Below, piece by piece: positions 9,350 to 20,016 of a stretch of DNA of 64,000 nucleotides. The stretch comes from Vulcanimicrobiota bacterium (lineage in GTDB: Bacteria; Vulcanimicrobiota; Xenobia; Xenobiales; JADMJV01). The notes beneath the pieces were generated by a model. That model saw nothing but the letters and a program-made list of their open reading frames with translations, was not told where the DNA came from and searched no databases. Positions within the stretch are counted from its first letter, which is position 1. Every line of letters begins with the position of its first letter. Position numbers and translations under genes: made by a program. The stretch spans positions 96,001-160,000 of the forward strand of contig JBFWNU010000005.1 in the NCBI GenBank assembly GCA_050250895.1, given 5' to 3'.

Positions 9350-10795
9350 CTAAAAGGGGACGGGGGCCTCCAGGCAGAGCCAGCGCTGCCGGTGGGGATG
9401 GCGCAGCTCCAGCTTCTGAGCGTGCAGACGCAGACGGCCGTCGGGGGTCCCGTAGAGCCGATCGCCGCGAACGGGGCAGCCGAGTTCGAAGGCGGCGTGG
9501 ACGCGAATCTGGTGACTGCGCCCGGTCACCGGAGAGAACTCGACCCGCCGCCCGTCCAGGCAGCGATAGAGGGTCTGACTCGGCCGACCGGCGGGGTCGG
9601 GGCGATAGCAGCCTGGTCGGTTGGGATCGCTGGCGATAGGTTGCTCGAGCAGCCCCTCAGGCTGGTTGGGCCGGGCCGTCAGTTCGGCCACGTAGGTCTT
9701 GCGTGCGTTCCGCTCCTGGAACTGCCGCTGCAATCCGGCCTGGGCCGGGCGTGTGCGGGCGAAGAGCACCACCCCCGAGGTCTCGAGATCGAGGCGATGC
9801 ACCGGCAACAGGTCGGGCCCCAGCCGGGTCAGCACCGAGTCCTGGTTCCAACCCGCCTGGCCCGGCACGGTCAAGACGCCGGGTGGCTTATCCACCGCCA
9901 GCAGATGCTCGTCGTCATAGAGCACCCGGATGGGCCGGGCCCCGGCCAACAAAGGGCCGAGTAGCGGCTGACAACGGGCAGGGCAGGCCGTGTAAAACTG
10001 CCCGGGCTGGCGACCGGGCCTGGCCGGACCCCACCAGAACTCGGCCAATCCCAGCGGCTCGAGCCTTTGTAGGGCCGCCTGATAGAGCAGCTTGGGAGCA
10101 CAGCAGTCGCCGGTGCCGGTGGGGGTGCCGCGGGGAAAGAGCGAGGCCAGCGACCACGGCAGGTCGGCAAAGAGCGCCTGGTCGAACTGCTGGTGGATTT
10201 CTGTCTGTAATTGGCGCGATAGTTGGCGGCGCTCGCGTCGCAACCTTTGCTCGTGCTGGATCAGATCGTGGAGGGGAGCCAGTTGGGCCTGGCGGACGCG
10301 TTGGAAATCGCGTTTCTCGGCGCTTTGCCGACGGCTCTGCTGGTCCAGGTCCGGTCTCGGCCCGGCCTGACGGGCCTGATGCCGTTCCTGGCGGTCGGCG
10401 CGGTGCCGCGCCATCAGCGCGGCCTGTTGTTGGTCGAGAGCAGTTTTCAACCGTTCGAACTCAAGCTTTCTCTCGTTCAATTCGGCCAGTTCAACCCGGA
10501 TCGCTTCGAGACGGGGCAGGGTGGCCCGCTCCAGCGGCGTCTCGGCTGGATCGAAGATGGGATCGACCCAACCCGGCAGACGACGCTGGCCCTGCCAGCA
10601 CCCCGAGAAGGCGCGCAGCACCACCCTCTGGCCCTGCGGGTCTCGGGCCAACAGCACCCCGAACATCTTGCCCTCGTCACTTTCCAGCCGGCCCATCAGC
10701 TGGCGGGCCGCCTCGATGGCTTCGGGGCTACGCGCCAGGCGCAGCCGCCGCCCTGTGATCGGGCAATCCCCCTCGTAGAAGTAGTCAGCGTCCAC
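9350..10795 (-). CDS. RluA-family pseudouridine synthase with N-terminal coiled-coil extension
   Basis: VDKPPG, VHRLDLETSG (catalytic Asp), TGRSHQIRVH, GDRLYG, LHA; GKMFGVL and GDCCAPKLL N-domain. Confidence 0.9.
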   Translation of the reverse strand: MDADYFYEGDCPITGRRLRLARSPEAIEAARQLMGRLESDEGKMFGVLLARDPQGQRVVLRAFSGCWQGQRRLPGWVDPIFDPAETPLERATLPRLEAIRVELAELNERKLEFERLKTALDQQQAALMARHRADRQERHQARQAGPRPDLDQQSRRQSAEKRDFQRVRQAQLAPLHDLIQHEQRLRRERRQLSRQLQTEIHQQFDQALFADLPWSLASLFPRGTPTGTGDCCAPKLLYQAALQRLEPLGLAEFWWGPARPGRQPGQFYTACPARCQPLLGPLLAGARPIRVLYDDEHLLAVDKPPGVLTVPGQAGWNQDSVLTRLGPDLLPVHRLDLETSGVVLFARTRPAQAGLQRQFQERNARKTYVAELTARPNQPEGLLEQPIASDPNRPGCYRPDPAGRPSQTLYRCLDGRRVEFSPVTGRSHQIRVHAAFELGCPVRGDRLYGTPDGRLRLHAQKLELRHPHRQRWLCLEAPVPF

Positions 10796-10882
10796 CTGGC
10801 TGCCTTCGGCGGGGGGGCGGAATATCCCCAGGAGTCCTCGCGACGGTCCAGAACAATCCGCCCTCTGGGAGTAACACGAATC

Positions 10883-13800
10883 ATGCGACGTCTGTTGATA
10901 TTATTGGCCCTCTGCCTTTTGTGCGGTTGCCTGACCCCGTCAGAAAGGGCCCTCGGCTCGACCCCTGAGGCCGAGCGAACACCCGGCTTCGAGTTCACCC
11001 TGGCCGACGGGTCCGAGGCCGGCAAGCCCCCCGAGCAGCTGCCGGTGCCCAAGACCACGCCGATGACGGCCGAGGCCACCAAAGCCCTCCTGGATCGTTT
11101 GCCCAAGTTGCCCCAGTTGGCGGGTGACAAGACGCCTTTTGCCAAGCGGGAAGACTCCAAACCGCTGCCCAAGACCGGAAAGACGGTCGAAGAGTCTTTC
11201 CCCCCCCCTCCCCGCGACCTGCCGCCGGTGGAAGTGACCAGTGGCCCGCTGGAGGTGGTTCGTTTTTCGCCCGAGGGCGCCGTCGAACTGGCTCCCTTCC
11301 TGAGTGTCACCTTCAACCAGCCCATGGTCGCCGTGAGTTCTCAGAGCGAAGCCTCGGCCGTGCATCCCGTCAAGCTCACCCCCGAGCCGCCGGGAGAGTG
11401 GCGCTGGGTGGGCAGCAAGACCCTGCTTTTTAAGCCCAAGCCGCGTTTCCCCATGGCTACCAAATACCAGGTCGAGATTCCCAGCGGTACCGTCAGTCAG
11501 GCCGGGCAGAAACTGGCGGCCGCCAAGTCCTTCACCTTCACCACCCCGGCTCCCCGGCTGCTGCAGAAATATCCCGAAGTCGGCCCGACCGTCCGTGATC
11601 CCCTGATCTTTCTCGGTTTCGACCAGGCCATCAGCCCTGAGAAGATGAGCGGGCATATCACCCTCAAGGCCGACGGCAAAACGTTCCCGTTCCGCCTGGC
11701 GACGGCCGCCGCTCGGGCCGAAGACACTCAGATCACCAGTCTGATCGATCAGGCCGAAGAGGGTCGCTGGCTGGTCATTCAGCCCAGCCAGCCCCTGCCT
11801 CTGGCCAGCACCATCACGGTTACGGTCGAGGCCGGAGCCCCCTCCGAGGAGGGGCCCTCCACCACCCCTGCCCCTCAATCCTTCACCTTCTCCACCTATT
11901 CGCCGTTGAAGGTCGTCGATCAGAATTGCGACCCCGGCGACCATTGCCCGCCGCTTTCCCCCTGGTGGGTCGAGTGCAACAACCCCCTCGACGAGAAGAA
12001 CTTCATGCCGGCCATGGTGACGGTCAGTCCCGAGGTGCCCGGCTTCAAGGTCGAAGCCCAGGGCAGCTACCTGCGCATGCGTGGGCGCACCAAAGGCAAC
12101 ACCACCTACACGGTGACCATCCACAAGCGGCTGGGTGACAGCTTCGGCCAGTTTCTGGGCGAGCCTCAGGAGCTAAAGTTCCATGTGGGACGGGCCAACA
12201 AAATGCTGCGCTCGACCACCCAGGGTATGACCGTGCTCGACCCCTACGCCAAGCCCAGCTTCCCGATCTACACGGTCAACATCAAAGAGGTGCGAGTGCT
12301 GGCCTATGCGCTCACCCCTCAGGATTGGCTGGCCTTCGGCAAATACTATCACGGCTGGCGCAACGAACCGCCGCCGCCGATTCCCGGGCGCCAGGTGCTC
12401 AACACCACCGTCCAGATCAAGGCCGACCCTGACGAGTTGGCAGAGACCAACCTCGATCTCAGCCAGGCTTTGCCCGACAAGTTCGGCCAGCTGGCGGTCA
12501 TCGTCGAAGATACCGACATGCCACCCAAGCGTTACGAACAGCGGCGTCTGGTGGCCTGGGTCCAGGCCACCAACATCGGCCTCGACGCCATGCTCGACGG
12601 TCAAGAACTGGTGGCCCTCACCACCGATCTTCGCGATGGAAAGCCCCTTCAGGGCGTCGAGGTCTCGATTTCAGAGTCGACGGTCAAAGGCCAGTCCGGC
12701 GACAACGGCCTGACCACGCTGGACCTTCCCGGCGAGCGCTCCAAGCAGACCAGCATGTTGCTGGCTCGCCAGGGCAAGGACCTGGCCATTCTGCCCGAGC
12801 ACGCCTACTTCTACGAGAGCCAGGGCAACTGGCTCAAGCGCACCGACACCGATTCCTTGCTCTGGTATGTGGTCGACGACCGTCAGATGTACCGACCCGG
12901 CGAGAAAGTCAGTGTCAAAGGTTGGATCCGGCGCATGGCCGCCGGCCCCAAGGGCGACCTGGAGGGGCCGCCGACCCAAGCCAAAGAGGTCTCCTACACC
13001 GTCTTCGACTCGCGCAACAATAAAATCGGCGAGGGTAAGGCGGCACTGGCCGCTACCGGAGGCTTCGATTTCAACTTCCAACTGCCGGCCACGCCCAACC
13101 TGGGCTACGCTCGCATTCAGCTCGACACCAGCTCGGGCCTGGGTAACAGTTCGACCAGTCACGGTTTTCAGATTCAAGAGTTTCGGCGCCCCGAGTTCGA
13201 GGTGACCAGCTCGCCCAGCGACGGCCCCCACCTGCTGGGCGGCCAGGCCACCGTCACTGTCCACGCCAACTATTACGCCGGCGGCGGGTTGCCCAACGCC
13301 GAAGTCAACTGGTCGGTGTCGAGTTCGCCGGGCAGCTTCTCGCCCCCCAATCACCCCGAGTTCACTTTCGGTCGCTGGACCCCGTGGTGGGATATGGGGC
13401 CCTGGTGGCGCACCCCCGAAAACCCTTACAACTCGAAGTCGCTTTCCAGTCACACCGACAGTTCGGGAGCCCACACCCTGGAGCTGAAGTTCCAGTCGGT
13501 CTGGCCCCCTCAGCCCATGTCGGTCTCGGCCCAGGCCTCGGTGGAAGACGTCAATCGCCAGTCCTGGGCAACCTCCAGCTCTTTGCTGGTGCACCCCGCC
13601 AAGGTCTACGTCGGTCTCAAGAGCCCGCGCACGTTCGTGCAGCAGGGCGAGAAGTTCGAACTCGAGACCATCGTGGCCGACCTCGACGGCAGGCTGCAGA
13701 CGGGCACGCCCATCTTGCTCGAATTGGTTCGCCTGGAGTGGGCCTATGAAAAGGGCGAGTACATCCAAAAAGAACTCGACCTGCAGACCCAGACCATCAC

Positions 13801-16800
13801 CTCGGCGGCCCAGCCTCAGAGTTTTAGCTTCAAACCGGGCGAAGGCGGCAGCTATCGCCTGACGGCCACCGTCAAAGACGCCGATGGTCGCCTCAACCAG
13901 AGTACCCTTTCTTTGTGGGTAGCCGGCGGCAAGGTGCCCACGAGTCGTTCGGTCGAGCAAGAGCGGATCACCATGATCCCCGACCGTAAGCAGTACGCCC
14001 CCGGTGACACCGCCGAGATTCTCATCCAGGCTCCTTTCGCCGACGCCGAGGGGGTCGTGTCCCTACGTCGCAACGGTCTGCTCAAGAAAGAGCCCATCGT
14101 GCTCAAGGGCACCAGCTATACCCTCAAAGTGCCCATCGAAGAATTCCACACCCCCAACCTCTACGTCCAGGTCGACCTGGTCGGAGCCGCGCAGCGCACC
14201 GGCCCCGACGGCAAGCCACTGGACACCGACATCAAGAGACCAGCTTATGCCACTGGCATGCTCAATCTGTCGGTTCCGCCCCTGGCCCGCAAATTGACGG
14301 TCGAGGTGGCACCGGCCGTCAAGGCCCTCTCGCCGGGTGGAGAGACCCAGCTCCAGTTGACCGTCAAGGATGCCGCCGGCAAACCTGCCCAGAACTGCGA
14401 AGCGGCCGTAGTGGTGGTGGACGAGTCGGTGCTGGCCCTGACCGGATACCGCCTGCCCGACCCCCTCAACACGTTCTATCCTGGCCGGGGAGCCGGCGTC
14501 AGCGACTACCACTCGCGTGGCTATGTGGCTCTCGCTTCGGCCGACCTGCTCGAGAACGCCAATGAGGGAGTCGCCCCGGGCATGGCCGTCGACCTCGAGG
14601 GCGGCGAGGCCGATGAACTCTACGCTGACGCGGCCGTAGCCGGCCGCGCCATGTCGGCGGAAGAGAGGCCCGCTCCTTCGGCCGCGCCGCGCCCCGAGGC
14701 CAAACAGGCCTTGCGTCGCGACAAGACCTCCAACAGTGCTCAGCCCGCCCCCGATGAGCCTATCGCGATGCGGACCAATTTCGACGCTCTGGCTCTGTTT
14801 GCGGCGGAGGTGCCCACCAACGCTCAGGGTCAGGCTACGGTCAAGATCAAAGTGCCTGACAACCTGACCCGCTATCGCATCATGGCGGTGGCCGTGGCCG
14901 GCAACCGCGAGTTCGGCCAGGGCGAGTCGACCTTGACCGCCCGGCTGCCCCTGATGGTGCGCCAGTCGCCGCCGCGCTTTCTCAACTTTGGTGACCACTG
15001 CGAACTGCCGGTGGTTTTGCAGAATCAGACCGACGCTCCGATGGAGGTCCAGGTGGCCATGCGGGCGACCAACGCCAAGCTCGACGACGCCCTGGGTCGC
15101 CAGGTCGTAGTGCCCGCCAATAACCGCGTCGAAGTCCGCTTCCCGGTGGCTGCCGACCAGGCCGGCAAGGCTCGCTTCCAGGTGGGAGCTCAGTCCCAGA
15201 GCGGCTCGGACGCCTCGCAGTTCGAGTTGCCGGTGTGGACGCCGGCCACCAGCGAGGCCTTCGCCACCTATGGCGAGATCGACCAGGGAGCCATCGCCCA
15301 GCCGGTCAAGATGCCGGGCGAGGTGTGGCCCCAGTTTGGCGGGCTCGAGGTGACCACCAGTTCGACTGCGGTGGGAGCCCTCACTGACGCCGTCCTTTAC
15401 CTGGTGGCCTATCCCTTCGAGTGCTCCGAGCAGGTGGCCTCACGCGTCATGTCCATCGCCGCCCTGCGCGATGTCTTGAGCGCCTTCAAGGCCGAGGGCC
15501 TGCCGCCCGAGAAAGAGCTGCTGGCGGCTGTCGGTCGCGACATCGAGAAGCTCAAGAACATGCAGAACTACGACGGCGGCTGGGACTACTGGATCCGCGG
15601 ACGCGAGTCCGACCCTTACCTGAGCATCCATGTGGGTCACGCCCTGATCCGGGCCAAGCAGAAGAAGTTCGCCGTGCCCGAGGATGCCCTCGAGCGCAAT
15701 CGCCAGTTCCTGGTCGATATCCAATCGCACATTCCTTACTACTACAGCCAGGAGGCCAAGTGGGCCCTGCGGGCCTACGCCCTCTACGTTCGCAACCTGG
15801 CTGGCGACAACGATCCGGCCACGGCCAGGGCACTGCTGGCCGAGGTTGGCCCCATTGACAAAGTCGGCCTCGAGACGCTGGGCTGGCTGTTGCCGGTGCT
15901 CTCGAAAGACCCGGCCTCGGCCGCTCAGGTGAAGGCTATCCGCCTGCACTTCAACAATCGTGTCTCCGAGACGGCAGCCACGGCCCAGTTCGCCACCAGC
16001 TACGGCGATTCGAACTATCTGCTGCTCTACTCGGATCGCCGGGTGGACGCGGTGCTGCTCGAGGCGCTCATTCTGGACAGCCCTAAGAGCGATATCATCC
16101 CCAAGATCGTGCGCGGTCTGCTCGACCATCGCAGCCAGGGCCACTGGGGCAACACCCAGGAGAACTGCTGGGTGCTGCTAGCCCTCGACCGCTACTTCAA
16201 CACCTACGAGAAGGTCGAGCCCGACTTCGTGGCCCGGGTCTGGCTGGGGCAGCAGTATGCTGGCGAGCACGCTTTCAAAGGCCGCACCACCGAAGAGTCG
16301 CTCATCAAGGTGCCCATGAAGTTGCTCTCCGAGAAAGCCCAGAACCTGGTCTTGCAGAAAGACGGCAAGGGACGCCTCTACTATCGCATCGGCATGCGCT
16401 ATGCGCCCAAGAGCCTCAAGCTCGAGCCCGCCGACTACGGCTTCGTGGTCGAGCGCCGCTACGAGGCGGTCGACGACAACCGCGACGTGACTCGCGATGC
16501 CGACGGAGTCTGGCATGTCAAGGCTGGAGCCAAGGTGCGGGTGCGCTTGACGATGGTGGCCCCCGAACGCCGCTATCACGTGGCCCTGGTCGACCCGCTG
16601 CCGGCCGGCCTCGAGGCCATGAACCCGGCTCTGGCTGTCACCGGCGAGGTGCCTCGCGAGCCCAACGCCAGCCCTTACTGGTGGTGGGGAGGCACCTGGT
16701 ACGAGCACCAGAACCTGCGCGACGAGCGCACCGAGGCCTTCAGCTCGCTGGTCTGGCCCGGCGTCTACGAATACAACTATGTGGCCCGGGCCACCACTCC

Positions 16801-16894
16801 GGGCAACTTTGTGGTGCCCCCGACCAAAGCCGAGGAGATGTACCATCCCGAGACCTTCGGCCGCTGCGGCACCGATCGCCTCGTAGTCGACTAG
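10883..16894 (+). CDS. bacterial alpha-2-macroglobulin family lipoprotein
   Basis: lipobox-like LCGC after ATG 10883; Ig-like domains, YRPGE, QEFRRPEFEV, PDNLTRYR, thioester CSEQ, EEMYHPE. Confidence 0.92.
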   Translation: MRRLLILLALCLLCGCLTPSERALGSTPEAERTPGFEFTLADGSEAGKPPEQLPVPKTTPMTAEATKALLDRLPKLPQLAGDKTPFAKREDSKPLPKTGKTVEESFPPPPRDLPPVEVTSGPLEVVRFSPEGAVELAPFLSVTFNQPMVAVSSQSEASAVHPVKLTPEPPGEWRWVGSKTLLFKPKPRFPMATKYQVEIPSGTVSQAGQKLAAAKSFTFTTPAPRLLQKYPEVGPTVRDPLIFLGFDQAISPEKMSGHITLKADGKTFPFRLATAAARAEDTQITSLIDQAEEGRWLVIQPSQPLPLASTITVTVEAGAPSEEGPSTTPAPQSFTFSTYSPLKVVDQNCDPGDHCPPLSPWWVECNNPLDEKNFMPAMVTVSPEVPGFKVEAQGSYLRMRGRTKGNTTYTVTIHKRLGDSFGQFLGEPQELKFHVGRANKMLRSTTQGMTVLDPYAKPSFPIYTVNIKEVRVLAYALTPQDWLAFGKYYHGWRNEPPPPIPGRQVLNTTVQIKADPDELAETNLDLSQALPDKFGQLAVIVEDTDMPPKRYEQRRLVAWVQATNIGLDAMLDGQELVALTTDLRDGKPLQGVEVSISESTVKGQSGDNGLTTLDLPGERSKQTSMLLARQGKDLAILPEHAYFYESQGNWLKRTDTDSLLWYVVDDRQMYRPGEKVSVKGWIRRMAAGPKGDLEGPPTQAKEVSYTVFDSRNNKIGEGKAALAATGGFDFNFQLPATPNLGYARIQLDTSSGLGNSSTSHGFQIQEFRRPEFEVTSSPSDGPHLLGGQATVTVHANYYAGGGLPNAEVNWSVSSSPGSFSPPNHPEFTFGRWTPWWDMGPWWRTPENPYNSKSLSSHTDSSGAHTLELKFQSVWPPQPMSVSAQASVEDVNRQSWATSSSLLVHPAKVYVGLKSPRTFVQQGEKFELETIVADLDGRLQTGTPILLELVRLEWAYEKGEYIQKELDLQTQTITSAAQPQSFSFKPGEGGSYRLTATVKDADGRLNQSTLSLWVAGGKVPTSRSVEQERITMIPDRKQYAPGDTAEILIQAPFADAEGVVSLRRNGLLKKEPIVLKGTSYTLKVPIEEFHTPNLYVQVDLVGAAQRTGPDGKPLDTDIKRPAYATGMLNLSVPPLARKLTVEVAPAVKALSPGGETQLQLTVKDAAGKPAQNCEAAVVVVDESVLALTGYRLPDPLNTFYPGRGAGVSDYHSRGYVALASADLLENANEGVAPGMAVDLEGGEADELYADAAVAGRAMSAEERPAPSAAPRPEAKQALRRDKTSNSAQPAPDEPIAMRTNFDALALFAAEVPTNAQGQATVKIKVPDNLTRYRIMAVAVAGNREFGQGESTLTARLPLMVRQSPPRFLNFGDHCELPVVLQNQTDAPMEVQVAMRATNAKLDDALGRQVVVPANNRVEVRFPVAADQAGKARFQVGAQSQSGSDASQFELPVWTPATSEAFATYGEIDQGAIAQPVKMPGEVWPQFGGLEVTTSSTAVGALTDAVLYLVAYPFECSEQVASRVMSIAALRDVLSAFKAEGLPPEKELLAAVGRDIEKLKNMQNYDGGWDYWIRGRESDPYLSIHVGHALIRAKQKKFAVPEDALERNRQFLVDIQSHIPYYYSQEAKWALRAYALYVRNLAGDNDPATARALLAEVGPIDKVGLETLGWLLPVLSKDPASAAQVKAIRLHFNNRVSETAATAQFATSYGDSNYLLLYSDRRVDAVLLEALILDSPKSDIIPKIVRGLLDHRSQGHWGNTQENCWVLLALDRYFNTYEKVEPDFVARVWLGQQYAGEHAFKGRTTEESLIKVPMKLLSEKAQNLVLQKDGKGRLYYRIGMRYAPKSLKLEPADYGFVVERRYEAVDDNRDVTRDADGVWHVKAGAKVRVRLTMVAPERRYHVALVDPLPAGLEAMNPALAVTGEVPREPNASPYWWWGGTWYEHQNLRDERTEAFSSLVWPGVYEYNYVARATTPGNFVVPPTKAEEMYHPETFGRCGTDRLVVD

Positions 16895-16895
16895 A

Positions 16896-17456
16896 GTGCG
16901 GCTCGAACTGGCTAGCCGCCGGTTGGCGCTGACGACGATAGAAGCCCGCTACCCGGGCGCGATGGTCCTCGACCTGACTTCGCGGGGGCCGGACCCCTGG
17001 GTTCGGTTCAGTCCGTTCTTTCCTCACGGAAACATCCCGGTGCCCGACGGCTCAGGCCGCCTGGCGGCAAGCGTCGAGGGTATCTGGCAGGGCCTGAAAG
17101 TGTTCGAGTCGGCCGGCGTCGACGAGAGTAAGTTCGAGGTAGAGTCGATGCGTGGGCTCAAACGGACCCTTCGCAGGCTTGGCCCCTGCCGGGCCCATCT
17201 GGTCAATGGGCGCTTGCTTGGCTATCGTGAGGCTCGCTACGCCCTCTATCTGCCGGCCTATCGCTGGGTACTCGACCACCGACTGGCCCCTGAGTTGGCC
17301 GAGTTGGCCAGACTAGCCGCCGCCGGCCCGGTGGTGTTGCTCGACTATGAGAGCAATGCCGACCCGGGGGACCTGCGGCGGCCCCTGTCCCATGCCGGGC
17401 TAGTGATTCGCTACCTGACCGGCGATTGGCCAGAGTCTACTTCCGCGCGGAAGTAG
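16896..17456 (+). CDS. DUF6939-like protein
   Basis: DLTSRG.DPWVRFSPFFPHGNIPVP, SVEGIWQGLKVFE, YLPAY.WVL, LLDYE.N, PLSHA. Confidence 0.65.
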   Translation: MRLELASRRLALTTIEARYPGAMVLDLTSRGPDPWVRFSPFFPHGNIPVPDGSGRLAASVEGIWQGLKVFESAGVDESKFEVESMRGLKRTLRRLGPCRAHLVNGRLLGYREARYALYLPAYRWVLDHRLAPELAELARLAAAGPVVLLDYESNADPGDLRRPLSHAGLVIRYLTGDWPESTSARK

Positions 17457-17457
17457 A
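17436..17457. repeat. perfect 22-bp palindrome containing the CTTCCGCGCGGAAG core (copy D)
   Basis: TCTACTTCCGCGCGGAAGTAGA read directly. Confidence 0.9.
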
Positions 17458-17654
17458 GAATTTGCCCTGGATGACGAGAGCCTCCTGGTGGCCGACCAGA
17501 CCGTCCCACGACGCCCCGACCAGGGGCGGTCGAAGCCCCATTTTGCCTTGATCGCCGTCAATAGGACGAAATGTTCATACTTGGAGTGAAAATCGCCGCA
17601 AACGTTGATATATAAGGGTTTTTTTCTTCGAGAATCGAGGTTGTTTCCTGTTTT

Positions 17655-17668
17655 CGAACAAATGTTCT
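17655..17668. promoter_or_regulatory. candidate LexA SOS box (Gram-positive type GAAC-N4-GTTC)
   Basis: CGAACAAATGTTCT in the AT-rich intergenic region about 130 bp upstream of fusA. Confidence 0.45.
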
Positions 17669-17795
17669 CAGAAATTTAAGGTTTTTTTGGGTTTAAATCC
17701 GCATCTTATCTGCGATAAAGAAACCTGTGCTCAGGGGGTGGAGCCCAGAAAGCCGGAGCGTTGGAATACGCCCGGAATATCGAAGGAGAACGAAA

Positions 17796-19907
17796 ATGAA
17801 TGGTGATGTGAACGCTAGCATCACTCGCGTGAGAAACATCGGAATTTCCGCCCACATCGACTCGGGTAAGACCACCCTCTCGGAGCGGATTCTATTTTAC
17901 ACCGGAAAGATCCACAGGATTGAGGAAGTTCGGGGTAAGTCGGGTGTCGGAGCCAAGATGGACTCCATGGACCTCGAGCGCGAGAAGGGGATCACCATTC
18001 AATCGGCTGCAACCTATTGCACCTGGGGTGATTACAACATCAACCTCATCGACACTCCTGGTCACGTCGACTTCACCGTCGAGGTCGAGCGCGCCCTGCG
18101 CGTGCTCGACGGCGCCGTGCTGGTGCTGTGCGCCGTAGCCGGTGTGCAGTCGCAGTCGATCACCGTCGACCGCCAGATGAAGCGCTACGGCGTTCCCAAA
18201 TTGGCTTTCGTCAACAAGATGGACCGGGCTGGCGCGAACGCCCAGCGTGTGGTCGGCATGCTGCGCGAGAAGCTCAACCACAACGCCCACCTGGTGACCA
18301 TGCCTATCGGCGCCGAAGATCGCTTCGAGGGGATCGTCGACCTGTTGACCCTGGAAGCCATCTATTTTGACGGCGACAACGGCGAGAACATCCGCCGCGA
18401 GGCCTGTCCGGCCAACTTGCTTGACGAGGCCAAAGGCCTGCGCGACGCTCTGGTCGAGGCGCTGTCGGACTTCGATGACGACCTGGCCGAGAAGTTCCTG
18501 GAGGGCGCCGAGGTGAGCGCCGAGGAGATGCGTCCGGTGCTGCGCAAAGCCACCCTCTCGCTCGAGTTCACCCCGGTCTTCTGTGGCTCGGCCTACAAGA
18601 ACAAAGGCGTTCAGCACTTGCTAGACGGCGTCTGCAGCTATTTGCCCAATCCGACCGAGCGTACTAATATCGGCCTCGACCAGGACAACGAAGAGGCCGA
18701 AGTGGTGCTCAGCTCCGAGACCGACAAGCCGTTCGTGGGCCTGGCCTTCAAGCTCGAAGACGGCCGCTTCGGTCAGCTGACCTACCTTCGCATCTATCAG
18801 GGCCGCCTGAGCAAAGGCGACTTCATCCACAACATCAACAACAAGAAGAAAGTCAAAGTGCCTCGCATCGTGCGCATGCACGCCGACGAGATGCACGAGA
18901 TCGAGTCGGCTGACGCCGGTGATATCGTGGCTCTCTTCGGTATCGACTGCGCTAGCGGCGACACCTTCACTGACGGCAAAGTGTCCATCACGATGACCTC
19001 GATGCACGTGCCGGCAGCCGTGATGTCGGTGACCGTCGAGCCCAAGGAGCGTCGCAGCCTGCAGAACTTCTCGAAAGCTCTCAACCGCTTCTCGAAAGAG
19101 GACCCGACCTTCCGGGTGTGGCGCGATGAAGAGTCCGGCAACACCCTGGTGGCCGGCATGGGCGAGCTGCACATCGAGGTCTACATCGAGCGCATCAAGC
19201 GTGAGTATGACTGCGAAGTCACCGTGGGTGCGCCGCAGGTGGCCTATCGTGAAGCCATCAGCTCGCGGGTCGAGATCGACTATACCCACAAGAAGCAGAC
19301 CGGCGGTTCGGGTCAATACGCCCGCATCAAAGGCTATCTTGAGCCCCTGCCGGCCAACTCGGTGGAGGAGTACGAGTTCGTCGACGACGTGGTGGGTGGT
19401 GTCATTCCCAAAGAATATCTACCGGCCTGCAACAACGGCTTCCGCGAGTCGCTGCGCAAGGGAACCCTTATCGAGGCTCCCGTGGTGGGCGTTCGCTGCG
19501 TGGTCAACGACGGTAACTACCACTCGGTCGACTCGTCCGAGATGGCGTTCCGTATCGCCGCTCAGACGGCCATCCGCGAGACCCTGCCGAAGGCCAACCC
19601 GATCATCCTCGAGCCGATCATGCTGGTCGAGGTAGCTGCTCCCGACGAGTTCGTGGGCGCTCTGACGCGGGGCATCAACCAGCGCCGCGGCATGATCATC
19701 AGCACCGAGACCAACGACGGCTACGCCTGCGTGCAGGCCTACGTACCCTTCTCGGAGATGTTCGGCTACGCCACCACGTTGCGCTCGGCGACGCAGGGTA
19801 AGGGCGAGTTCTCGATGGAGTTCTCGAAGTACGAGCAGGTGCCCAAGAGCATCCAGGAAGATCTGACCAAAGAGCACCGCGAGAAGAAGCTAGCGGCCGC
19901 CCGATAG
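17796..19907 (+). CDS. fusA: elongation factor G (stand-alone, spdEFG1/mtEFG1-like)
   Basis: [58 protein letters not shown]; AAGGAG RBS. Confidence 0.95.
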   Translation: MNGDVNASITRVRNIGISAHIDSGKTTLSERILFYTGKIHRIEEVRGKSGVGAKMDSMDLEREKGITIQSAATYCTWGDYNINLIDTPGHVDFTVEVERALRVLDGAVLVLCAVAGVQSQSITVDRQMKRYGVPKLAFVNKMDRAGANAQRVVGMLREKLNHNAHLVTMPIGAEDRFEGIVDLLTLEAIYFDGDNGENIRREACPANLLDEAKGLRDALVEALSDFDDDLAEKFLEGAEVSAEEMRPVLRKATLSLEFTPVFCGSAYKNKGVQHLLDGVCSYLPNPTERTNIGLDQDNEEAEVVLSSETDKPFVGLAFKLEDGRFGQLTYLRIYQGRLSKGDFIHNINNKKKVKVPRIVRMHADEMHEIESADAGDIVALFGIDCASGDTFTDGKVSITMTSMHVPAAVMSVTVEPKERRSLQNFSKALNRFSKEDPTFRVWRDEESGNTLVAGMGELHIEVYIERIKREYDCEVTVGAPQVAYREAISSRVEIDYTHKKQTGGSGQYARIKGYLEPLPANSVEEYEFVDDVVGGVIPKEYLPACNNGFRESLRKGTLIEAPVVGVRCVVNDGNYHSVDSSEMAFRIAAQTAIRETLPKANPIILEPIMLVEVAAPDEFVGALTRGINQRRGMIISTETNDGYACVQAYVPFSEMFGYATTLRSATQGKGEFSMEFSKYEQVPKSIQEDLTKEHREKKLAAAR

Positions 19908-19926
19908 GTCGGTTCCACCCCCGAAG

Positions 19927-19957
19927 AGGCCAGCGGTCGTCCGCTGGCCTTCTTCTT
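19927..19957 (+). terminator. intrinsic terminator after fusA
   Basis: AGGCCAGCGG-TCGT-CCGCTGGCCT stem followed by TCTTCTT. Confidence 0.75.
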
Positions 19958-20016
19958 GTGACGATTTTTTGACTTCTCGTCAATATGATCGCCTTGTGAT
20001 CGTCAACAATCTGAAA

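Noticed and set aside
10223-10882. N-terminal 220 aa of the 2223-aa ORF
   Set aside because: It is antisense to the RluA gene; the lipoprotein signal starts at ATG 10883.
17460-17795. AT-rich region as oriC
   Set aside because: No cluster of DnaA boxes (TTATCCACA) is visible and there are no dnaA/dnaN/parAB neighbours.
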